Part shown: piece after piece, positions 18,343-28,061 of the stretch
How the letters are laid out: every line of letters begins with the position of its first letter
Numbering within the stretch: position 1 is the stretch's first letter
From: a bacterium
GTDB taxonomy: Bacteria > 4484-113 > JAFGCY01
Assembly (NCBI GenBank): GCA_020440645.1
Contig: JAGRNR010000009.1
Coordinates: 5,092 to 69,091, forward strand
Length of the DNA stretch: 64,000 nucleotides
Direction of reading: 5' to 3'
The notes under the pieces: generated by a model
What the model was told of the DNA's origin: nothing
The model's database searches: none
What the model saw: only the letters and a program-made list of their open reading frames with translations
Made by a program: the position numbers and the translations under genes

Positions 18343-20775
18343 GTGTCTCACACAACCCGGAACTTGAAACTTGTCGCAATTGCGTTGACAATTTGCATGC
18401 TTGCTGCGACTGAATCTCAGGCAGCACCTGATGTGCCAACACGTGCCGGCGAGAACTTCCTCGAGATCCGCCAGCCGGATGGAAGCTACAAACCGATCTT
18501 CGTGAAGGGTATGAGCCTGTCTGCGGCACTTCCCGGCAAGCACCCCAGTGAATTCCCACACGACGAGCAACTCTTCCGGGACTGGCTGAAGAAACTGGCG
18601 GACATGAACTGCAATGTGATCCGCCTTTATACAATTCTGCCGCCCGAAGTCTATCGCGCCCTGCGCTACCACAACACCACCTATCCGGACCAGACCATCT
18701 GGCTGATCCAGGGCTGCTGGGTCACTCCGCCGACGGACCCCGACTACGATTTCTGGGGCCAGAAGTTCAACGATGAAGTTGAGCTGAACTCGCGCCATGC
18801 AGTAGACCTGGTCTATGGAAATGCGAACTTTGATGACAGGCCGGGCTGGACGGGCGGCCGCTATGACGCGGATGTGTCCCCCTGGCTGCTGGCCTGGCTG
18901 TGGGGCCGCGAGTGGGAACCCGATGACATCGAGCGCTTCCACGAGCTGACCAACCGCCGCGAGTACAAGGGCCGCTACATCAGCGCGATCGATAAGCAGC
19001 CGATTGACTGCTGGCTGGCCAAGATGTGCGATTACGCCGTTTCCTACGAAATGGACCAGTACAACAAGCAGCACCCGATCACCTACAGCTCATGGCCGGT
19101 GACTGACCCGATGGAGCATGTCAGCGAGAGCAAGCTGTCCGTCAACTCGGCCGAGAATGAGGGCCGCGTGGACATCTTCAGCAGTGACACGATCCAGATG
19201 ACCGTGAAGGACTTCACCGTCTCGCCGGACTTCAAGGCCGGTGTGTATGCCTCATACCATATTTATCCTTACTGGCCCGACTTCTTCGACAATGAGGTCG
19301 AGTACAGCCTGTGCAAGGACCGCTTCGGGGTCAGCAACTACTACGGTTACCTGACCCACCTGAAGGAGCATTACGGCACGATGCCGCTGCTGGTTGCCGA
19401 GTATGGCCTGCCCAATGGTCCGATGCCGGCGCACAAGCAGAAGCAGGGCCTGCACCACGGCGGCCACTCCGAGGAGGAAGTGATTGACGGCATGGAACGG
19501 CTGACCTATGACATCTGGGACAGCGGCTGCGCCGGTGCGATCGTGTTCGCCTGGATCGATGAGTGGTTCAAGAAGACCTGGATCTGGGCTGATTTCTATG
19601 ACCCCTGGGATGACCGCCGGCTTTGGTACAACCAGTATGACCCGGAGGAGAACTACGGCATGATCGCCCTGCTGCCCGGCGAGGGTGGCCCGAACAACAC
19701 GCTCAGCGGCAATGACGCTGAGTGGGAGGATGTCAGCGTCCTGCCCGGCGATTCGGTGGCCGTCGCTGACAACGCCCCGGTGATCACGAGCGTCAAGGCG
19801 ATGCATGATGAAGGCTGGTTCCACCTGCGCATCCGGCTGGACAACTTTGATGACTGGGACTTCGACAAGACGGAGCTGAGCATCGGTTACGACATCCTCG
19901 ACAGGCTGGGTGGCAACTTCGCCTGGCCCGGCCCGCTGAAGTTCCTCAGTGACAGCGGCCTGGAGACCGTAGTGCAGATCAAGAGCGGCCAGGCCTACAT
20001 GTACCAGACCGAGACCTGGCGCTTCTGGCGACCCTTCAATGATGAGGTGTCCAAGTCCATCTCGCTCGGTGAGGCCAAGCCGCACTACCTGCAGATGGAG
20101 GAGAACCGCTGGAGCTGGTTCGAGCCCTGGGTGGAAACCAACATCTACCGGCTCGGGCGTGACGGGACCTTCTTCCCGTCCCAGTCCTTCAAGCTCAACC
20201 CGCTGCCGCGCGGCACCCTGATCGAGGGCCAGCCGCGATACACCCAGCAGGCAATCTGGAACTCCGACCCCGATAGCAAGGTAGTGGAGATCCGCATGCC
20301 CTGGATCCTGCTCGGTTTCGTCGGCCCGCACCAGCGTCGCGTGTTGCAAAGCGATATCGACGAGCCCTCGAAGAATTCAAGTGTGGTGACTGATGGCATC
20401 GGCGTGGGACTGGCGATGTCCAGCGCGCGCGGTGATGCGCTTGCGGTCTGGCCCGGCATGGATGTCTATGACGCGGACGACCCAAACAGCATCCTCAGCT
20501 CACAGTTCGACGGCTGGAACCGCATCCTGACCAGCAAGAGCGGGATCTACACCTGGGACGAGTGGGGCGTGGAGGATATCCGGTACCACGGACGCATCAA
20601 GCCGATCTATTACGCGATGCGTGACCTGTTCGGAAGCATTGAACAGGTGCGACCACTTTGGAAGGATGGGCCGCAGCGCCAGCCGGTTCCGGATGGCACG
20701 GAGATGCCGGAGACGCCTCCGCTGGCTGAGCCCCTCAAGATCGACCACGCGGCGATCCTGCGCCAGCAGAACTGA
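18343..20775 (+). CDS. Large secreted glycoside hydrolase-like protein (TIM-barrel, clan GH-A-like; family unresolved)
   Basis: ORF-track entry 18244..20775 starts in low-GC, non-coding-looking sequence. A GTG at 18343 preceded by GGAGGAG (18334-18340) gives M/VSHTTRNLKLVAIALTICMLAATESQA|AP, a textbook signal peptide. A TTG at 18364 is an alternative. The body has (beta/alpha)-barrel-like features with candidate catalytic Glu in LLVAEYGLPNG and an NEG segment. Confidence 0.6.
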   Translation: MSHTTRNLKLVAIALTICMLAATESQAAPDVPTRAGENFLEIRQPDGSYKPIFVKGMSLSAALPGKHPSEFPHDEQLFRDWLKKLADMNCNVIRLYTILPPEVYRALRYHNTTYPDQTIWLIQGCWVTPPTDPDYDFWGQKFNDEVELNSRHAVDLVYGNANFDDRPGWTGGRYDADVSPWLLAWLWGREWEPDDIERFHELTNRREYKGRYISAIDKQPIDCWLAKMCDYAVSYEMDQYNKQHPITYSSWPVTDPMEHVSESKLSVNSAENEGRVDIFSSDTIQMTVKDFTVSPDFKAGVYASYHIYPYWPDFFDNEVEYSLCKDRFGVSNYYGYLTHLKEHYGTMPLLVAEYGLPNGPMPAHKQKQGLHHGGHSEEEVIDGMERLTYDIWDSGCAGAIVFAWIDEWFKKTWIWADFYDPWDDRRLWYNQYDPEENYGMIALLPGEGGPNNTLSGNDAEWEDVSVLPGDSVAVADNAPVITSVKAMHDEGWFHLRIRLDNFDDWDFDKTELSIGYDILDRLGGNFAWPGPLKFLSDSGLETVVQIKSGQAYMYQTETWRFWRPFNDEVSKSISLGEAKPHYLQMEENRWSWFEPWVETNIYRLGRDGTFFPSQSFKLNPLPRGTLIEGQPRYTQQAIWNSDPDSKVVEIRMPWILLGFVGPHQRRVLQSDIDEPSKNSSVVTDGIGVGLAMSSARGDALAVWPGMDVYDADDPNSILSSQFDGWNRILTSKSGIYTWDEWGVEDIRYHGRIKPIYYAMRDLFGSIEQVRPLWKDGPQRQPVPDGTEMPETPPLAEPLKIDHAAILRQQN

Positions 20776-21024
20776 CCGTTGTCAATTCCAGGTTAAGCAA
20801 TGTGCCGGAGCAATCCGGCACGGGAATGCGCGCACGGCCGGCGCCGGTCAAATCCGCATCTAATCAGAGCAAGTGGCGCCAGTTGCTGAAGAACACGTAC
20901 CAGCAGCCGTTAAATATCCCAGCAACCACGACCGCGATCAGGATGTAGAGCAGGGTATCCCTGGCTATCCGCATCCGATCAGTATAGTCCATCGGGCAGC
21001 TCGAGCCGGCTGCCGGAAGGTGTC

Positions 21025-21825
21025 GTGGAATCCACGGGATGGCTCACGGCAATGGATATTGCAAGCCTTGTAGGAGTGCTGATCTGCTTCGGCGGAGTGT
21101 TTGCAGGCTTCTCGATCGAGGGCGGGTCACCGACGCAGCTGATGGCTATCAGCGCTGCATGCATCGTGTTCGGCGGAGCCGGCGGGGCCACGATGGTGGC
21201 CTTCCCGCTGTCTACCTCGATCAACCTCTGGAAGGTGATCATGCAGTGCTTCATGCGCCCCAAGGTCGACCCGATCCCGGTGATCAAGAAGTTTGTCGAG
21301 TTCTCCGAGAAGGTGCGCCGCGAGGGCCTGCTTGTGCTGGAAGAGGATGCCAACAACGAAAGCGACCCCTTCCTGCGCAACGGCCTGCAGCTGGTGATCG
21401 ATGGCAATGACACCGAACTCGTGAAGGACATCCTGCATACGGACATCAAGTTCGTGGAGGAGCGCCACCACGTCGGCCAGGCCTACCTGCAGACGATGGC
21501 GGGCTTCACGCCGACCTTCGGGATCGTGGGCACCGTGATGGGCCTCGTGCTGGTGCTGTCAAACCTCTCCGACCCCGGCAGCCTCGGCCCGATGGTGGCG
21601 GCGGCATTCATCGCCACGCTCTATGGGGTGGGCAGTGCCAACGCCCTTTTCCTGCCATGGGCCTCCAAGCTGAAGATTGCCAGCAAGGAGGAGGTGCTCG
21701 TGCGCGAGATCATGGTGGAGGGCATCCTCTCGATCCAGGCCGGTGACAACCCGCGCATCGTGCAGGAGAAGCTCGCGGCATTCCTGCCGCCCAAGGAGCG
21801 TTCCCACGTCAAGCAGGAAGGCTGA
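21025..21825 (+). CDS. motA: Flagellar motor stator protein MotA (MotA/TolQ/ExbB family proton channel)
   Basis: Four TM helices in 2+2 arrangement with a large cytoplasmic loop. TM3-4 region …AGFTPTFGIVGTVMGLV…AAAFIATLYGVGSANALFLPWASKLK… is typical of MotA. Followed directly by motB. Confidence 0.75.
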   Translation: MESTGWLTAMDIASLVGVLICFGGVFAGFSIEGGSPTQLMAISAACIVFGGAGGATMVAFPLSTSINLWKVIMQCFMRPKVDPIPVIKKFVEFSEKVRREGLLVLEEDANNESDPFLRNGLQLVIDGNDTELVKDILHTDIKFVEERHHVGQAYLQTMAGFTPTFGIVGTVMGLVLVLSNLSDPGSLGPMVAAAFIATLYGVGSANALFLPWASKLKIASKEEVLVREIMVEGILSIQAGDNPRIVQEKLAAFLPPKERSHVKQEG

Positions 21826-21851
21826 CGGGGAAGCCCCGCGAGGAGTGATAC

Positions 21852-22784
21852 GTGTACATACCACAGGCACCACAAGGCAATGAAGGCGGCGATGAGCGCT
21901 GGCTGATCAGCTATGCTGACATGATCACGCTGCTCACCGTCGTGTTCATCATCCTGTTCTCGATGTCCAACATCGAGATGGAGAAGTTCAAGGCCCTCGC
22001 CGAGAGCATGACGGACGGCATGGGTGCCAACCGCAAGAGCACCACACTTGACCCCGAGCAGAGCATCGGGGAGGACGCCAGCACGACACCGATTGACATC
22101 GGCACGATCAGTGGCGGCGAGTCGCCCTCGATCCTGTTCCCCGAGCACCAGACCCCGATCCAGATCTTCCGCTTCCGCCGCATCATGGAGGGCGAGAACG
22201 GGGATGAGGGACTGCTGGAGAAGCTGCGCGACATCCTTGACAACGAAGCCCGCCGGGAAGGCGAGCAGATCATGCAGGAATTCGGGCACGACGAACGCGT
22301 CAGCATGCGCTTCACGGAACGCGGCATCGTGCTGACCTTCCTTGACGACCAGCTGATGTTCGACAGCGGCAGCGCCGACATGAAGCCGGGATTCCGTAAT
22401 GTGCTGGCAGCCCTCGGCTCGGAGCTGAACCGCCTGCCGAACTCGGTCGAGGTGCTGGGCCACACGGATGACCGGCCGATTGCCAGTGCCCGCTACCCCA
22501 GCAACTGGGAACTGTCAGCCGCACGCGCGGCAAGCGTTGCCAGGCTACTGATCGCCAATGGATTCCCGCGGGACAAGGTCAGCGTGGCCGGCTATGCCGA
22601 CACCCATCCGCTGGCGGGCAACGACAGCGTGCATGGGCGGGCCGCCAACCGCCGGGTGGAAATCGTGATCCTGCGGGGCTATAACGAACCGGCCGCGGAT
22701 GACACGGAGGAACCGGCCCAGCCGCTAGTCGGGCCACAGCCCAGCCCGGGCATGCCGGTGCACAGCCTGGGGGCGGGACACTGA
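21852..22784 (+). CDS. motB: Flagellar motor protein MotB (OmpA-like peptidoglycan-binding stator subunit)
   Basis: N-terminal WLISYADMITLLTVVFIILF (MotB TM with the conserved Asp) and a C-terminal OmpA-like domain (LGHTDDRPIASARYPSNWELSAARAASVARLL…NRRVEIVIL). Confidence 0.8.
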   Translation: MYIPQAPQGNEGGDERWLISYADMITLLTVVFIILFSMSNIEMEKFKALAESMTDGMGANRKSTTLDPEQSIGEDASTTPIDIGTISGGESPSILFPEHQTPIQIFRFRRIMEGENGDEGLLEKLRDILDNEARREGEQIMQEFGHDERVSMRFTERGIVLTFLDDQLMFDSGSADMKPGFRNVLAALGSELNRLPNSVEVLGHTDDRPIASARYPSNWELSAARAASVARLLIANGFPRDKVSVAGYADTHPLAGNDSVHGRAANRRVEIVILRGYNEPAADDTEEPAQPLVGPQPSPGMPVHSLGAGH

Positions 22785-22785
22785 G

Positions 22786-23097
22786 ATGGAGGATGCATGG
22801 TACAGCAGGAACTGGTTCAGGCTGGTAGTCCTGCTGCTGCCGGTCTGCCTGGTCGTGCTGCTGGCCTGGGGCTGCCCAGGCGGGGAAGGCACCGGGTTTG
22901 GCCAGAATTTCATGGACGTTGCCAGTACCGGGCACAGCACGATTGACGACTACCGCTACGTGGCGGACAGCAGCCGGCACCTGTACTGGCCTAACACGCC
23001 GAAGTACCGCAACCGGATCAGGAGAGAGGACCGCGTGTACATCCTTGACTATGACACGCTCAAGGAGTTCCACGGCTACAAGCCGGGAGAGAAATAG
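22786..23097 (+). CDS. Hypothetical small membrane protein (103 aa)
   Basis: Starts 2 nt after the motB stop. One TM (FRLVVLLLPVCLVVLLAWGC). No family recognised. Confidence 0.4.
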   Translation: MEDAWYSRNWFRLVVLLLPVCLVVLLAWGCPGGEGTGFGQNFMDVASTGHSTIDDYRYVADSSRHLYWPNTPKYRNRIRREDRVYILDYDTLKEFHGYKPGEK

Positions 23098-23165
23098 GAC
23101 ACAAGTTCGAAAACTGCAGGTTATAGATACTGTTGAGTTGAACCCCCGAAGAGAGGGATTTTTAT

Positions 23166-24071
23166 ATGGCTGACAATCAGGCAATTGACGTTGATGAGGT
23201 GCAGGAAAGCAAGCCTGCCAAGAAGGTCCGCAAGGCTGCGGGCGGAGGCGCAAAGCCGCCGCTGATGATGATCGTCTCACTGGCGGTCGCGGTGGCAGCC
23301 ATCGCCTTCAGCGCACTGCTGTTCATGCAGCTAAACGGGCTGAAGGCAAAGCTGGAGGACAGCGGCACACTGGCAGTGCCCGGCGAGGAGGATGCGATGC
23401 ACGCCGACGACGGGCATGGAGAGCACGGGGATTCCCCCGACAACTTCGTGATCCCGGCGGAGGGCGTGCTGTACGAGCTCGGCGAGTTCAAGACCAACAC
23501 CGCTGACAACGAGTTCGTGCAGATGAACGTGATCCTCGAGATTGACAGCCTCTACGACCGCCATGAATGGGAGGTCTACGAGGCGATGATGGAGAAGTAC
23601 GACAGCGGCGTGCAGCTCTACCGCAACTACCAACTCGGCCTTGACGAGGAGGGCAACCCGAAGGACGGGGGCAAGGGCGGACATGCCGCCCTGCCACCGG
23701 AGGATGTCCAGCAGTTGGACCCGGCGCCGGCCGATGGCCCGGTGGAGGTTGTCACTGCAGCGGCGGGCAGCACGGACGGGGTGGAGGTGGTGCCGGCGAT
23801 GCACGGCGCCCCGAAGGAGGCCCCGCCGCCGGAGATGCCGGAGCTGCCGGAGAAGCCGCGCTCGATCATGGAGATCCGCCTGATGGAGAATGAATCGCGC
23901 ATCCGTGACATGATCATCGACGAGATCGCGCGCACGGTGTCCGACGACTTCATCCGCCCGAGCGGCAAGGACCTGTTCAAGGACAACATCCGCATCAAGA
24001 TCAATGACATCATCGGCGAGCAGTACGGCCGGGTGACCGAGGTGCTGCTGCCCAACATCGTCAGTTCATAG
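23166..24071 (+). CDS. fliL: FliL-like flagellar basal-body-associated protein (unusually long, with an acidic/Pro-rich insertion)
   Basis: N-terminal TM (LMMIVSLAVAVAAIAFSALLFM). FliL-like core FVQMNVILEIDS… and C-terminal …RIKINDIIGEQYGRVTEVLLPNIVSS, matching the FliL C-terminal signature. About 120 extra residues (Gly/Pro/Glu/Asp-rich) lie between the halves. Confidence 0.6.
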   Translation: MADNQAIDVDEVQESKPAKKVRKAAGGGAKPPLMMIVSLAVAVAAIAFSALLFMQLNGLKAKLEDSGTLAVPGEEDAMHADDGHGEHGDSPDNFVIPAEGVLYELGEFKTNTADNEFVQMNVILEIDSLYDRHEWEVYEAMMEKYDSGVQLYRNYQLGLDEEGNPKDGGKGGHAALPPEDVQQLDPAPADGPVEVVTAAAGSTDGVEVVPAMHGAPKEAPPPEMPELPEKPRSIMEIRLMENESRIRDMIIDEIARTVSDDFIRPSGKDLFKDNIRIKINDIIGEQYGRVTEVLLPNIVSS

Positions 24072-24082
24072 GAGGGCCTGCG

Positions 24083-25750
24083 ATGAGGGGAAGGAGCCTG
24101 TGGGCTGCACTGGCGGCCCTCGCGCTTGCGCTGGCCGGTTGCGGCGGCGGTGCACGCTACATACAGTTCAGTCCGCAGGAGCAGACCGTCACCAGGCTGC
24201 AGAGTGACGGTGGGCGGATCACGGCGATCATCCAGCCGGGCACCCTGGCTGACGACGTGGAGATCGCGCTGCGTGACCGCAGCGAGGGCGACCGCGGACT
24301 GCCCGGAGTGGAGGGCCGCAGCCTGGCAATCTCCTTCGAGATCAGCGGCAGCATGCCGGCCCCGCCGGTAGAGACAGCTGATGATGGCAGTGCAGCGGTT
24401 TCCGCGGTACAGGGACGCTTCATCCCGGTCGAGCTGAGTGGCAGCATTGAGATCGAACTGGCGCTGGCCAGCGCCTGGCCGCTGGCAACGCCGCTCGATG
24501 TGCAGTCGTGGAATGAGTCCAGCCAGCGCTACGAGGAGGCCGGCCTGTCCGCCAGCCTGGCGGAAGGCGGCCTGAGCCTGAGCTTCAGCATCACGAACTT
24601 CGGGCGCTATGCACTGTACGGCCCGCTGCCGGTGGAGTATCCGCTGGCGGCACCACCGGCACCACGGTTATCTGCCGCATCCACGCAGCTGCGCGGCCTC
24701 GAATGGGACAGCGTGCCTGGTGCGGCGGGCTTCAACCTGTACCGCAGTGCGGCCGGAGAGGAATCCTTCAGCAAGCTCAATGAGGAACTGCTGCAGGCCG
24801 GCAGCCATACGGACATCCTGCCTACAGCCGGTGGATATGAGTACGCACTCAGCGTGCTGCGTGACAACGGCATCGAAAGTGAGTTGTCAGCCGTGCTGGC
24901 CAGTCCGGCGGTGGACTTCGACCTGCTGCGCGAGTTCATGAGCCCGCAACTTGATGCACCGGGCAGCCTGCTGTTTGATGCTGCCAACCGGCGCCTGCTG
25001 GTCTGCGACGAAGCGGATCCGGCCCTGTTGGCCTTCGATGAGGAGGGCCACCTGCTGCGCCGCATAGACAAACTGGGCAGTGCCGCAATGCGTGAGCCGG
25101 CAGCGCTGGCAATCGACCCCGGCACCGGCGAGGTGTACCTCTGTGACAATGGCTACAGCCAGGTGTTCCGGCTCAACAGCCAGCTTGACTTCCGCTCCAA
25201 GTTCGGCGCGGGTGGCAATAGCCCGGCCGAGTTCGATGTACTGAGTGGCATCTGCTGCGATGGCGAACGGATCGTGACTCTGGACAGCGGACGCAACCTG
25301 CTTTCGACTTTCACCCCGCTTGGCGTCTACCTGGACGCGCCATTGGATCCGCTGGATGCACAGCTTGCGTTGGCCGGGGCATCCGGCATCCTGCTCATGC
25401 CCGATGGCGGCATGGTGCTGGCCGATACTGGCAATGACCGTGTGCTGCTGCTCGACAGTGAGTTCGCCGCTTCCGCCGAACTGGCCCGCCCTGCCGGCAA
25501 CGGAACACTCACTGCGCCACGCGCTGTGGTGGCTGATGTATTCGGCCGCCTGTTCGTCAGCGAACCTTCGATGGGACGGGTGAGCGTGTTTGACAGCAGC
25601 GGGGAGTACAGCTTCCAGTTCGGCAGCGATGGCCTGCTCAATGTGGAGTTCGGTGCCGCAGGTCCGACGGGGCTGGCCTATGACCCGGCGACGGGCTACC
25701 TGTATGTCAGCGACCCCTCGGCTGGGCGGATCGCGGTGTTCGCCAGCTAG
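24083..25750 (+). CDS. NHL-repeat (six-bladed beta-propeller) lipoprotein
   Basis: Lipobox LALALAGCGGG. C-terminal half contains repeated NHL-like units (…GEVYLCDNGYSQVFRLN…; GMVLADTGNDRVLLLDS; GRLFVSEPSMGRVSVFDS; GYLYVSDPSAGRIAVFAS). Confidence 0.7.
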   Translation: MRGRSLWAALAALALALAGCGGGARYIQFSPQEQTVTRLQSDGGRITAIIQPGTLADDVEIALRDRSEGDRGLPGVEGRSLAISFEISGSMPAPPVETADDGSAAVSAVQGRFIPVELSGSIEIELALASAWPLATPLDVQSWNESSQRYEEAGLSASLAEGGLSLSFSITNFGRYALYGPLPVEYPLAAPPAPRLSAASTQLRGLEWDSVPGAAGFNLYRSAAGEESFSKLNEELLQAGSHTDILPTAGGYEYALSVLRDNGIESELSAVLASPAVDFDLLREFMSPQLDAPGSLLFDAANRRLLVCDEADPALLAFDEEGHLLRRIDKLGSAAMREPAALAIDPGTGEVYLCDNGYSQVFRLNSQLDFRSKFGAGGNSPAEFDVLSGICCDGERIVTLDSGRNLLSTFTPLGVYLDAPLDPLDAQLALAGASGILLMPDGGMVLADTGNDRVLLLDSEFAASAELARPAGNGTLTAPRAVVADVFGRLFVSEPSMGRVSVFDSSGEYSFQFGSDGLLNVEFGAAGPTGLAYDPATGYLYVSDPSAGRIAVFAS

Positions 25751-27348
25751 AGCCGGCAGTCCAGCAGCAGCACGGTGATGTTGTCTGGCCCGCCGGCTGC
25801 ATTGGCGGCGTCCACCAGCGCCTGGGCCGTGACAGCCAGGCTGGCCTGCGCATTGGCGGCCAGCACGGCGGCGATCTCAGAGTCGCGCAGCGCATCACTC
25901 AGCCCGTCACTGCAGATGAGCAGGCGTTCGCAGGGGCCGGGGCGGAAGCTGTAGACATCGGCCTGGATCTCCAGCCCGTCGCCACCGAGGCAGCGAGTGA
26001 TCACGTTCTTGCGCGGATGGTCGAAGGCCTCATCCTCGCTCACGCTGCCGTTGTCAACCAGCTCCTGCACGAAGCTGTGGTCACGGGTGATGCGCTTCAG
26101 CGACTGCGCCGTGACCAGGTAGCAGCGGCTGTCCCCGACATTGAACACCGCCGAGCTGGCGGTCGTGTCACTGCTGAGCGTGCTGCCGGAGCCGAGCATC
26201 ACGAAGCCGCACAAGGTGGTGCCCATCCCGGCCAGCGCGGCATCGATCGCCGAGCGCTCGATCAGGGCACGGTTGATGCCGGGGATGATCGTGGCCAGCT
26301 GCATTGGCAGCACGCCGGTGTCCTGCGTCCTGGTGCTGGGTGCCGTCAGCGCGGCCTGCAGCTGCTGGCGCAGCATGGCCAGCGCAAGCGAACTGGCGAT
26401 CTCCCCGCTTTCATGACCCCCCATCCCGTCGGCCACGGCGGCGATGCTCAGCGAACTGCCGATTGCACTGTGCTGGCGCATGTCCAGCATCAGCCAGGCG
26501 TCTTCATTGTGCTGGCGCCGCATGCCGTTGTCAGTGGTGGCATGGCCCTCGAGCCTGATCCGGTGCAGGCAGCGCTGGATCTCGCTTGCCAGCATGCCGA
26601 GGCTCAGGCCAGCATTATTCTGCAGGCCGTCCAGCAGCCTGTCCAGTTCAGTCGCGATGTTTGCGGCGGGCAGCAGTTTCGGTGCCGCCAGCAGGCTGTC
26701 AACGAGCGGCCTGAGCAGGGTGACGATCTCCGAGGCGTCCGTCGGCTCTCCGGGCTGCAGTTCGCCAAAGCCCGTGAAGCGCAGTTGCCAGCCTGCCGGA
26801 GCGGTGTCCAGCCTGCGGCAGAAGCCCAGCGCATCCGCATTCAGCCGCCAGCCAAGTCCGCCGGCCTCGCAGCGCGCGAAACCTGTCGCCAGGTCATGCA
26901 TTGCATTCAGGATGTCAAGTACGCGCACGCGCAGCTGGCCGGACTCGATGCCCGCGGAGAATTCGCGGAAGCCCAGGTCCACCGGCTCGAGCGCGGCACT
27001 GAGTACAGCCGTGTCGTCAGCCAGCAGGTCACGCAGGCCGAACATTGCACCGCCCTCCAGCAGGATGCCGGGCAGTGCGTCAGCGACTGCACCGCCCTGC
27101 TCCAGCACCAGCTTGAGGAATCCGTCGGCAGCGTCCCCGGTTCCGATGCTGACGCGCTCCAGGCGCATGCCGTCCCAGCGCTGGATGGTCTCGCTCTCCT
27201 CGCGGTAGCTTGCGACATTGATCAGCGGGTCCGTCGGGTCGTCATCGGCAGGCATGGACGGAGCGGCAGCCGCGGCATCATGTGCAGCGGCCTGCTGGGC
27301 CGGCTCCTCATCTTCCCTGCGCCTGAACGGGTTCCACGACATCTGCAT
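25747..27348 (-). CDS. PP2C-family Ser/Thr protein phosphatase with a ~270 aa N-terminal domain of unknown function
   Basis: C-terminal half: RRQHNEDAW…AAVADGMGGHESGEIAS…GTTL…FNVGDSRCYL…TRDHSF…ITRCLGG…CSDGLSD (PP2C motifs 1-11, metal-binding Asp residues). N-terminal half has no recognisable family. Confidence 0.8.
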   Translation of the reverse strand: MQMSWNPFRRREDEEPAQQAAAHDAAAAAPSMPADDDPTDPLINVASYREESETIQRWDGMRLERVSIGTGDAADGFLKLVLEQGGAVADALPGILLEGGAMFGLRDLLADDTAVLSAALEPVDLGFREFSAGIESGQLRVRVLDILNAMHDLATGFARCEAGGLGWRLNADALGFCRRLDTAPAGWQLRFTGFGELQPGEPTDASEIVTLLRPLVDSLLAAPKLLPAANIATELDRLLDGLQNNAGLSLGMLASEIQRCLHRIRLEGHATTDNGMRRQHNEDAWLMLDMRQHSAIGSSLSIAAVADGMGGHESGEIASSLALAMLRQQLQAALTAPSTRTQDTGVLPMQLATIIPGINRALIERSAIDAALAGMGTTLCGFVMLGSGSTLSSDTTASSAVFNVGDSRCYLVTAQSLKRITRDHSFVQELVDNGSVSEDEAFDHPRKNVITRCLGGDGLEIQADVYSFRPGPCERLLICSDGLSDALRDSEIAAVLAANAQASLAVTAQALVDAANAAGGPDNITVLLLDCRL

Positions 27349-27395
27349 TCTGCTCCGGGCCGCTAGCGGCCAGCCACACGGAGTATACTTCCCGC

Positions 27396-28061
27396 GTGCC
27401 CCTATATTACTTGACAGTGCTGGCGCTCGCCGGGTTCCTGAGTGGATCCCTGCCCTTCGGCTGGCTTGTGGCGCGGCTCGGGGGCATGGACATCCGCAAG
27501 CATGGCAGCGGCAACATCGGCATGACCAATGTCTGGCGCGTGATGGGCTGGAAAGCGGGCCTGACTGTGCTGCTGCTGGACGTGGCCAAGGGCCTGCTGC
27601 CCGTGCTGCTGGCCGGGCGCCTGATGGACACCGTCAACCCACCGGGGCTGACGATCAGTGGCCGCGCCTGGCTGCTGCTGATCACCGGGCTGGCCGCGAT
27701 CCTCGGGCATACATTCACGCCCTGGCTGAAGTTCAGGGGCGGCAAGGGTGTCGCCACCAGCCTCGGTGTGCTGATCGCGCTCTACCAGTTATGGGTGTTG
27801 GCGCCGCTTGGCGTATTCCTGCTGGCGCTGGCAATCACGCGCATGGTGAGTGTCGGCAGCATCCTCGCCGCACTGAGTGTGGGCATCCTTGCGGTGGCCG
27901 TGCCGGCACTCAGGCCCTACATGGCGTTTGGCATCCCAGTGGCTCTGCTCGTGATCTGGACGCACCGCAGCAACATCCGCCGCATCCTCGACGGCACGGA
28001 AAGCCGCGTCGGCAGCGGGAAGAAAAAGCCCGCAGCGGAGTCAACCCAGGCGGATCAGTAG
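27396..28061 (+). CDS. plsY: Glycerol-3-phosphate acyltransferase PlsY (acyl-phosphate dependent)
   Basis: MPLYYLTVLALAGFLSGSLPFGWLVARLGG…DIRKHGSGNIGMTNVWRV…LLLDVAKG…ILGHTFTPWLKFRGGKGVAT. These are the conserved PlsY motifs. 221 aa. Confidence 0.85.
   Translation: MPLYYLTVLALAGFLSGSLPFGWLVARLGGMDIRKHGSGNIGMTNVWRVMGWKAGLTVLLLDVAKGLLPVLLAGRLMDTVNPPGLTISGRAWLLLITGLAAILGHTFTPWLKFRGGKGVATSLGVLIALYQLWVLAPLGVFLLALAITRMVSVGSILAALSVGILAVAVPALRPYMAFGIPVALLVIWTHRSNIRRILDGTESRVGSGKKKPAAESTQADQ

Noticed and set aside
19252-20349. 365-aa minus-strand ORF inside the large GH gene
   Set aside because: Alternative-strand ORF. The plus-strand frame encodes an 810-aa protein with signal peptide and coherent fold features.
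26017-27366. 449-aa plus-strand ORF opposite the PP2C gene
   Set aside because: The minus strand carries unmistakable PP2C motifs. Plus-strand translation is Ala/Arg/Gly-rich.
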